A program made the translations under genes and the position numbers. Below, in pieces: positions 1 through 6,190 of a stretch of DNA of 10,169 nt (position 1 is its first letter; each line of letters starts with the position of its first letter). The notes beneath the pieces are model-generated. The model did not search any database, was not told the origin of the DNA, and saw nothing but the letters and a program-made list of their open reading frames with translations. This stretch comes from Candidatus Thorarchaeota archaeon (lineage in GTDB: Archaea; Asgardarchaeota; Thorarchaeia; Thorarchaeales; Thorarchaeaceae). Location: assembly GCA_016839445.1 (NCBI GenBank), contig JAEOUG010000081.1:1-10169 (forward strand), written 5' to 3'.

Positions 1-217
1 CATCGCCGCCTGAGATTCCGTAGATTGGTATGCCCGAACCTTCAAACAGCGTGTAGCTGTCTCTTAGCGAGCACGCCTCCATAGTGCATCCTACGCTGTT
101 GTCTGCAGGATAGAAGAACAGGACCAACTTAGAACCGCGATGGTCACGCAGTCTGAACTGGTTGCCAGATTCATCAGTGGTCTCGAAGTCCGGAGCCTCG
201 TCTCCAATCTTCAGCAT
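1..217 (-). CDS. bcp: Peroxiredoxin, BCP/PrxQ family (paralog 2; 3' end runs off the window)
   Basis: Not in the ORF track. Translated by hand from ATG at 217: MLKIGDEAPDFETTDESGNQFRLRDHRGSKLVLFFYPADNSVGCTMEACSLRDSYTLFEGSGIPIYGISGGD. It has the PxxxS/TxxC active site with CxxxxC. A GGAG RBS overlaps the upstream gene's TAG. Confidence 0.93.
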   Translation of the reverse strand, partial: MLKIGDEAPDFETTDESGNQFRLRDHRGSKLVLFFYPADNSVGCTMEACSLRDSYTLFEGSGIPIYGISGGD

Positions 218-228
218 TGGTGAGTCTC

Positions 229-711
229 CTAGATCTTCAGATTCCAGACCTTCATCACTTGGTCCGCATGTTGCTTGGTGTTGACCTTCTCCACGCCCTC
301 AGGTCCGCCTATAATAGACTCGATCTTTCCCTTCTCGTCTATGAGGAATGTCGTGCGTACGATGCCCATGTACTCCTTCCCATACATCGACTTCTTGGCC
401 CACACACCGTACTTCTTGGCTATCTCATTGTCTTCATCCATGAGGAGCGGGAATTGGAGGTTGTTCTTCTCCTTGAACTTCTGGTGGGTACTGGAGGTGC
501 CGGGTGCAATGCCGAAGACCTCTACATTCTGACCTGCGAAGTCGTCGTAGCTGTCTCGCATTGAACAGAGCTGGGCCTCACAACCACTTGTGTTGTCCTT
601 GACATACCATACCAAGGCCACCTTCTTGCCCTTGTAGTCACTGAGCTTGAATCCCTCTCCTGTCTCAGTAGTTGTCGAGAATGCAGGAGCCTTATCGCCT
701 ATCTTCAACAT
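229..711 (-). CDS. bcp: Peroxiredoxin, BCP/PrxQ family (paralog 1)
   Basis: N-terminus LKIGDKAPAF; WYVKDNTSGCEAQLC (peroxidatic Cys with resolving Cys 5 residues later); YGVWAKKSMYGKEYMGIVRTTFLID is a typical BCP signature with the conserved Arg. RBS GAGAGGT lies upstream. Confidence 0.95.
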   Translation of the reverse strand: MLKIGDKAPAFSTTTETGEGFKLSDYKGKKVALVWYVKDNTSGCEAQLCSMRDSYDDFAGQNVEVFGIAPGTSSTHQKFKEKNNLQFPLLMDEDNEIAKKYGVWAKKSMYGKEYMGIVRTTFLIDEKGKIESIIGGPEGVEKVNTKQHADQVMKVWNLKI

Positions 712-753
712 TGTCGTTACCTCTCATCATAAACAATAGTTAATTCTCGCTGG

Positions 754-778
754 TATAATTGCGCTATTAAAGCTTCGC
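754..778 (-). promoter_or_regulatory. Putative BRE/TATA promoter of the bcp pair
   Basis: The minus strand reads GCGAAGC-TTTAATA (TATA-like at 771-765) in an AT-rich intergenic region, about 53 nt upstream of the ATG at 711. Confidence 0.5.
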
Positions 779-795
779 TTCCACCGCACACATTC

Positions 796-809
796 AGCAA
801 GCCTTAAAG
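796..809 (+). promoter_or_regulatory. Putative TATA-like box for the membrane-protein cluster
   Basis: AGCAAGC-CTTAAAG (core 803-809), about 38 nt upstream of ATG 848. Confidence 0.45.
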
Positions 810-847
810 ACGGCAGGGTGTGCTCCAGTCATTGTAGGGCGAAGAAG

Positions 848-1861
848 ATGAGCGAGAAGTCCGTTATCATCAGGACACAGTCCTCTAGGGTCCTCTATGT
901 GATCACCTTCATGGGGATGGTCCTTCTGCCGGTCTTGGGTCCGATTCTCAGTAGAATCTTCGTGCCCACGACTGAATGGGACTGGTTTTCCTTTCTTGCT
1001 GTCTTCTTCGGATTTCCTGCCCTGGTTGCCGCTGTTGCGTATGTTGCAGGCTGGTACACCAAGAAGAGGAGTTGTGAGTACCACGCCCCAGACTGGGAGT
1101 ACAAGCCGGTCCAGATGTCGATTGAGGACGCAGGGCAGTTGCCTCGAAGGTACAATCGAGAATACCGTGCACTTGTGGCGAACAGCAATTACTGGATGTT
1201 CTTTGTGCCCATTCTGATCATCATGTACCTGATTGGACTGCCTGTCTATATCTACACAGTCGACCCAGGTCTTAGCAGCAACGTTGATCTCCTGTTCACG
1301 GGTCCGCTGTTAGTCCTGTTCTTCGTTTCGCTGTTGAGCGGCTATCTTGCGACCTCCAATGCAGCCTCAGAGGACTTCACCTTGCCATTGGTCCGGGAGG
1401 CCGTGAAGCTGGCTCACAAGCAGACCAAGGTTCCTGGGGCTACGCATGTATACATCGTGATGGACAAGGCTGAGCACGAGGGCTTCAAGATCTATTCGGA
1501 CCCTCGGGTCCTCTTGCGAGTCAGCGGTCTTGAGGATAAGGGATACGTAGAAAGCTGGAGCGGCGAGATAGGTTCAGTCTGGAGAATGCTCTGCAGGCTG
1601 TATGAGTCTGAGGGTCATCCTCAAGTCGTGTGGTGGTGGGTAGCACATGACCGTACTTTCAGGAAGTACGTCTTCCCCGATGAATCTGGTTACTATGTCA
1701 AGTTTCCAGTACGTTCCATGACATCGGAGCCGGGAGTGAAGGATGTTGAACTTCTCACCAAGAACGCCGTCGCCATCCTTGTACGTGAGGAGATCCACAG
1801 GTCCAAGTCTAGTGAAGCCTTGGAGAGCCTCATGGACGAGCTGAACGCCAAGGTTGATTGA
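848..1861 (+). CDS. Uncharacterised 4-TM membrane protein with C-terminal soluble domain (paralog A)
   Basis: Long ORF. I prefer ATG 848 (MSEKSVII) over GTG 818 because the putative TATA box at 803-809 is too close to 818. Two hydrophobic hairpins are separated by a ~45-aa polar loop and followed by a ~160-aa soluble domain. Confidence 0.85.
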   Translation: MSEKSVIIRTQSSRVLYVITFMGMVLLPVLGPILSRIFVPTTEWDWFSFLAVFFGFPALVAAVAYVAGWYTKKRSCEYHAPDWEYKPVQMSIEDAGQLPRRYNREYRALVANSNYWMFFVPILIIMYLIGLPVYIYTVDPGLSSNVDLLFTGPLLVLFFVSLLSGYLATSNAASEDFTLPLVREAVKLAHKQTKVPGATHVYIVMDKAEHEGFKIYSDPRVLLRVSGLEDKGYVESWSGEIGSVWRMLCRLYESEGHPQVVWWWVAHDRTFRKYVFPDESGYYVKFPVRSMTSEPGVKDVELLTKNAVAILVREEIHRSKSSEALESLMDELNAKVD

Positions 1862-1879
1862 GCCAGGAGGCTGGGCTCT

Positions 1880-2818
1880 CTGTCGCAGAGTGACTCTGGT
1901 TCCGACTTCTCCGGACCCTCGATTTCTTACTATGTGGCCATATTCGCTATCATCCAGGTCTGGGCTGTGATGACTTACGAAACAGCCCAGTATCAGCTTC
2001 TGTTCGTGTTTGAGGCACCGTGGGTGTGGGCACTGTGGGTGCTCGTCCTCACAGGATTACTCCTTCCTGCTGTTGGAATGGTCATTTGGAGGGCGAAGCA
2101 ACAAGTGGACATTCCCACCCTCGAATGGTCATTCAGAGAACGGGATGTGACTCCACTCGAGTTCAAGAACATGACGCGCCAGTACGCAAAGGACTACCAG
2201 TACTTGGTGTCCAGAGTGGACTATCCACTGGCTCTTCTTGCCATCTCGGTGGGAGTGACTCTGGTTGGAGCCCCCATTCTCTTGATGAGAACCAACGCAT
2301 TTGTCATCTCTATTACACCAATCATTGCCGGATTCCTGATGATGGTGTTCGGTGTCTTGGTGGCGACGAGCCTCTTCCGGTCTATGCCCGGACCATTGTC
2401 AGACGAGTTTCCTCCCCACTCATACAGGCGAATGAGGAGGGGGCTTTCACAGATTGGCGACCTGCCGGGAACCTCGTGGGTAGGGGTACGCCTCACCATT
2501 GGAGAGTCACACGGCTACTTCACCATTCGGTCCCCCCGACCTGAGGTTCGTATCGAGGACATCGAGAGCGTGGCAAGAATCGAATGCGAAACTGATAGGA
2601 CAGGAAACATAACCTCCGCAAGCGCTGTTCTTGAGGTCGAAGATGGTCGTGAAGAGACCGTGGCAGCAGCTCACTCTGATGTTAATCGTCTTGAACTCAC
2701 TCTGCTTGTGAAGAGGCTCTTGGAGGCTTACGTGCAGAAACGTGGTGAGGAGAGCTATCTCGACGAGATACAAGAAGAAGTACAGCGTGCCATTGACTCC
2801 CTCAAACGAACTGATTAG
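1880..2818 (+). CDS. Uncharacterised 4-TM membrane protein with C-terminal soluble domain (paralog B); start uncertain (CTG 1880 or GTG 1934)
   Basis: The frame is open from 1862 to TAG 2816-2818. A strong AGGAGG at 1865-1870 lies 9 nt before the in-frame CTG at 1880. GTG 1934 falls inside the first hydrophobic segment. Architecture and motifs match both neighbours. Confidence 0.8.
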   Translation: MSQSDSGSDFSGPSISYYVAIFAIIQVWAVMTYETAQYQLLFVFEAPWVWALWVLVLTGLLLPAVGMVIWRAKQQVDIPTLEWSFRERDVTPLEFKNMTRQYAKDYQYLVSRVDYPLALLAISVGVTLVGAPILLMRTNAFVISITPIIAGFLMMVFGVLVATSLFRSMPGPLSDEFPPHSYRRMRRGLSQIGDLPGTSWVGVRLTIGESHGYFTIRSPRPEVRIEDIESVARIECETDRTGNITSASAVLEVEDGREETVAAAHSDVNRLELTLLVKRLLEAYVQKRGEESYLDEIQEEVQRAIDSLKRTD

Positions 2819-2876
2819 AACTCAAGCGATGCTCTTATCTCTGCTCACGTAGACCTGAGCCGCGGAGGTTGAAGCA

Positions 2877-3851
2877 GTGGATGAACAAGGAGTCATAGAT
2901 TACAGTAGACAGGGACGTGTCAACAGGGCCTTTGGTCTATTGCTCCTCTTGATGGTCGTCGCTGGGACACTCGTCCATCACTTCACCTTGGTGAGCCCTT
3001 CGCTAGAGGTGGTATACATCGCCATCCCTTTTGCACTTCTCCTTCTATCATTGGCAATTGGCATGGCTTCGAAACGAGCCATAGACTACATCCCTGGTGA
3101 ATGGGAAAAGAAGAAGACCTTCGTGAGCTTCAGAGAGTATGAGCGAATGATTGAGGAATACGAAGACGCTTACGGCGACCTCGTTGCACACTCAGGCGAC
3201 ATAATGACTTGCTGTTGCCTGCTACCTGTTCTAGGGGCCTTGGGCTACATGACCATTCTATTTCAGGGTCTGGGTACAGTACTGATTCATCCCTTTGTGG
3301 ACACACTTCTCCTCACTGCCATTCTCTACAGCATCGTGGGTGTTTCAGGCTTCATCTTGGGCTTCAGGATTCCTGCCATTGATGCGGATGAGTTCTTCAC
3401 GACTCCCATGAAGGGCGGTGACACCTACGACTTCGCCTGCCAGTTGGGGGGCGTACCCGGGATTAAGGCTGGAATGACTGTGGAACTAGGAGTCCGATCT
3501 GGAGTCCAGACAATACTTGGCTCTGAGGTCAAGGCTGGAGTTGAAGGTCTTCCGGATACTGTGAGGATAGGAGTCCAGGTCTCTCACTCGGGCTTTGCAT
3601 ATCCATATCTGGTTGGAACTGTCTACAAGGGCTCCTTGATTCCATCTCCTACCGAGGAGCGATATCGCCTGGGAACCCGCTACCCTGCACTCCTTGAGTC
3701 TTCCATGGATGACGATGTAGCCGTCATTGTTGCCAGGTTCGATATTCCCAAACGCACAAGCAGTGTCCCCAGCATTTCCTCTGGTGACTTCAGGAAGCTG
3801 GCAAGACTCCTATGCGATAAGCTCAGGGAGAACTACGAAGGCTCTCTCTAG
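2877..3851 (+). CDS. Uncharacterised 4-TM membrane protein with C-terminal soluble domain (paralog C)
   Basis: GTG start with GGAGG at 2864-2868 and a CTTATC TATA-like element at 2834-2839. Same 2TM-loop-2TM-soluble layout as the two upstream genes. Confidence 0.87.
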   Translation: MDEQGVIDYSRQGRVNRAFGLLLLLMVVAGTLVHHFTLVSPSLEVVYIAIPFALLLLSLAIGMASKRAIDYIPGEWEKKKTFVSFREYERMIEEYEDAYGDLVAHSGDIMTCCCLLPVLGALGYMTILFQGLGTVLIHPFVDTLLLTAILYSIVGVSGFILGFRIPAIDADEFFTTPMKGGDTYDFACQLGGVPGIKAGMTVELGVRSGVQTILGSEVKAGVEGLPDTVRIGVQVSHSGFAYPYLVGTVYKGSLIPSPTEERYRLGTRYPALLESSMDDDVAVIVARFDIPKRTSSVPSISSGDFRKLARLLCDKLRENYEGSL

Positions 3852-3854
3852 TAC

Positions 3855-4160
3855 TCAGTCAAAGGTTGGCTTCCGAGTAGCGACCTCGATGTCCTCTTCT
3901 CGGAGTTTGTGCTGGAACGGTCTCCCCTGACCGTAGATGTCGGGGTCTTCGTCCTTCGTCTTCTTCATTATCACGTAGAAGCCTGAAACCTGAATCACAA
4001 TTGACACAATGGAGATGAGGAACACCTCTAGGAAGTAGTCGTGTGAGAAGATCTGGAATATCCAGACAGCAGGATAGACTATGATCTGAATGGCTATGCC
4101 TACCATCAACATCATGACCCATTTGTTTGTCCAGTTCTCTCGTGCCATTTTTCTCGTCAT
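3855..4160 (-). CDS. Small 2-TM hypothetical membrane protein (start ATG 4160 or 4148)
   Basis: Two clear TM segments (WVMMLMVGIAIQIIVYPAVWIF; FLEVFLISIVSIVIQVSGFYVIM) and a charged C-terminal tail. The tracked TTG at 4196 overlaps a TATA-like CTTTAATT (4202-4195), so it is an unlikely start. Confidence 0.75.
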   Translation of the reverse strand: MTRKMARENWTNKWVMMLMVGIAIQIIVYPAVWIFQIFSHDYFLEVFLISIVSIVIQVSGFYVIMKKTKDEDPDIYGQGRPFQHKLREEDIEVATRKPTFD

Positions 4161-4208
4161 CCTGTTGTGTCTGTCTTGGGCGCCAATTCGCCGCAATTAA
4201 AGATACCT

Positions 4209-5075
4209 CTATCCTCCTATCCCAAAGAGACCGAGTAGCCAGCTGATGAACTGCTCAATTGCTAGCCGCGATGGTACATGTTCAGGAATGAATCCTGGAA
4301 TCCATTGGTTCATGAGCGGCAGACTTGGAGCAAGGAATACAGCACTTAACAGCAGCAAAGCGAAGGTGATCGTGTGCACTGCTGTCACGTACGTGTAGTA
4401 GGGCCGAATGTACGAGTAGAAGGCGAATGCTGGGATGGACAGAGCAACCATTGCCATGATCTCTACGGGATCGAAGAAGAACGGCATGGATATTGGCCAC
4501 AGGAAGTAGAAGATCCAAGTGATTTTCTCACTCGAAGTTTCATGATGTGCAATCTTGTGGATGCCATCAACGCCCTGTGCCAAGAAGAACACAGGAATGA
4601 ACAGCCACCACTGGAGGCCCACAAAGAACATGGGTCCGGCATAGAATAGGAGGTCTCCTAAGCTCTCTACACGCTCCCAGAACGGGTTCCGTGAGATGAA
4701 CTCAGTCATCTCTGTCATGTAGTAACCTATCATCTGCATGAGCACAAGTACAGGTAGCAGACAGAAGGAGATGACAATCATTATCACGGCGGCCTTGGGG
4801 AGCTCGGGAATCTTGCCCTCATGGTAGTTGTCCAGCGGGTATATGCCATGAAGAGTGAAGGCCGCGATTAGTACCAGCCATCCACTCGGGATGAAGAAGA
4901 GCGGTTGAAAGAAGTATTGGAAGACTCCGAAGCCACTATACACGTTTCCCGTGAGTGCCTCCTCCTTGAGATACCAAACACCAAAGACAACCAAGAGCTC
5001 CGGAATGAGCATCTTGAGTCGGTAGTCCTGTACGAACTTCATTATGAGACCGGGTTCCTTGGTCTGCTCTTCCAT
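4209..5075 (-). CDS. Polytopic (~7-8 TM) hypothetical membrane protein, possibly a degenerate CPBP/Abi-like fold
   Basis: Many hydrophobic segments. ATG 5075 (MEEQTKE) has an AAGGTG RBS. The tracked start at 5120 overlaps a CTTAAG TATA-like box (5120-5125). Confidence 0.8.
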   Translation of the reverse strand: MEEQTKEPGLIMKFVQDYRLKMLIPELLVVFGVWYLKEEALTGNVYSGFGVFQYFFQPLFFIPSGWLVLIAAFTLHGIYPLDNYHEGKIPELPKAAVIMIVISFCLLPVLVLMQMIGYYMTEMTEFISRNPFWERVESLGDLLFYAGPMFFVGLQWWLFIPVFFLAQGVDGIHKIAHHETSSEKITWIFYFLWPISMPFFFDPVEIMAMVALSIPAFAFYSYIRPYYTYVTAVHTITFALLLLSAVFLAPSLPLMNQWIPGFIPEHVPSRLAIEQFISWLLGLFGIGG

Positions 5076-5146
5076 GGTAGCACCTTCTGCGTACGGCTTG
5101 GCAACCCCGACCGCCCTCACTTAAGCCTATCCCCTGTGTTCGACAA

Positions 5147-6184
5147 TTAACGAACTGCTTTCTCGACTAGCTCTAGGAATGTCGATGTGAACTCACTGGT
5201 TTTGGCGTGGATTTCTCGCGTGAGCTCGATACCTGCACCGGAGAGGCCGCACTGCGTTGAGACCATTGCGTTTCGCGCGAGTCGGCCGATGTCCACACCA
5301 CTTGTGTCAAGCATCTCTAATGCGGAGCTGAGGTTGTCTCTGAAGGTGTCAAGTACCGGCTTGGTGAAGGAGTCGTCCAGATTCGGCAGGACTCCAAGAG
5401 CGATTCCTCCTCCTCGACTAAGAAATCGGTTCACTTTCTCGGCCTGCTCGGGGTTGACCTTCGGAGGGTACCTCAACATGTCAAGATGCAGAATCTTCGG
5501 TCTGGAGTCCCAGAGAGCATGCCAACCATTGACCTCAAGTTCTCGCCAGTCATCGCAGTAGTGATAGGCTGGGATAACATCATCCGGGAAGATGGAGTCT
5601 GTTCTCGCAATCATCTCTTGAAGGTACAGATCTGGAGCTTTCTGTTGGTCGATAAGATTCTTGACATGCCCAATGCCTGGGTCATCTTGGCAGAAGAGAA
5701 TCGTGTCACAGTGCTTCCTTAGTATCTGCATCTGACCCTGGGCGATTCTGGACATCAGACGGCAGTAGAAATGAAAGAGCTGCTCTGAGAGATGCTGTCT
5801 TCCTGATGAATCTCTTATGCTGAAGGCCATTGTTGCAGGCGCAGTCTGCTGCGTCTTCATGAACTCGTAACGCGCCCCATCGAATAACGAGTAGAGGCTC
5901 TGGAAGTGCTCCCTGTCAACGAGAATGGATGTGTCATCGCTCGTCATGCTTCTGAATGTTTGAATGTCAATGTCCAACACGAAGTCGCCATGTTCTTCGA
6001 ATCCCTCGATAACGGAACCGAACTGCCGAATCATGTCCTCGCTCCGATTTGCTGGAACTTGGAATGTGTAGGGAACCCTCAGGGCCTTGATGTATGACAG
6101 AGCATCGCTGTGATTCTTCTCACCGAGGCTGCCGACGCCGAAAAACTGCCCCGCCAACTCCTCAGGCAGCAGAGGGCTTCCCAT
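5147..6184 (-). CDS. Core (cobalamin-independent, MetE C-terminal-like) methionine synthase / UROD-MetE TIM-barrel Zn enzyme
   Basis: Motifs in the expected order: GVGSL, QQTAPAT (cf. QxTGPxT), QDDPG (cf. DEP), H208-Y-C210, LHLD235, GGGIALGVLP, VSTQC312GL. These include the H-x-C...C zinc ligands. Single barrel of 345 aa. An AGGTGA RBS overlaps the upstream stop. Confidence 0.8.
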   Translation of the reverse strand: MGSPLLPEELAGQFFGVGSLGEKNHSDALSYIKALRVPYTFQVPANRSEDMIRQFGSVIEGFEEHGDFVLDIDIQTFRSMTSDDTSILVDREHFQSLYSLFDGARYEFMKTQQTAPATMAFSIRDSSGRQHLSEQLFHFYCRLMSRIAQGQMQILRKHCDTILFCQDDPGIGHVKNLIDQQKAPDLYLQEMIARTDSIFPDDVIPAYHYCDDWRELEVNGWHALWDSRPKILHLDMLRYPPKVNPEQAEKVNRFLSRGGGIALGVLPNLDDSFTKPVLDTFRDNLSSALEMLDTSGVDIGRLARNAMVSTQCGLSGAGIELTREIHAKTSEFTSTFLELVEKAVR

Positions 6185-6190
6185 TTCTTC

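Noticed and set aside
1-711. Selenocysteine-containing peroxiredoxins
   Set aside because: The catalytic positions are TGT/TGC codons and there is no in-frame TGA in the visible sequence.
1859-1861. TGA between paralogs A and B as selenocysteine
   Set aside because: It falls in an inter-domain linker with no redox motif, a strong RBS follows immediately, and I see no convincing SECIS-like hairpin after 2818.
2843-2860. GCTCA-N8-TGAGC hairpin upstream of paralog C
   Set aside because: A 5-bp stem with no U-tract is expected by chance.
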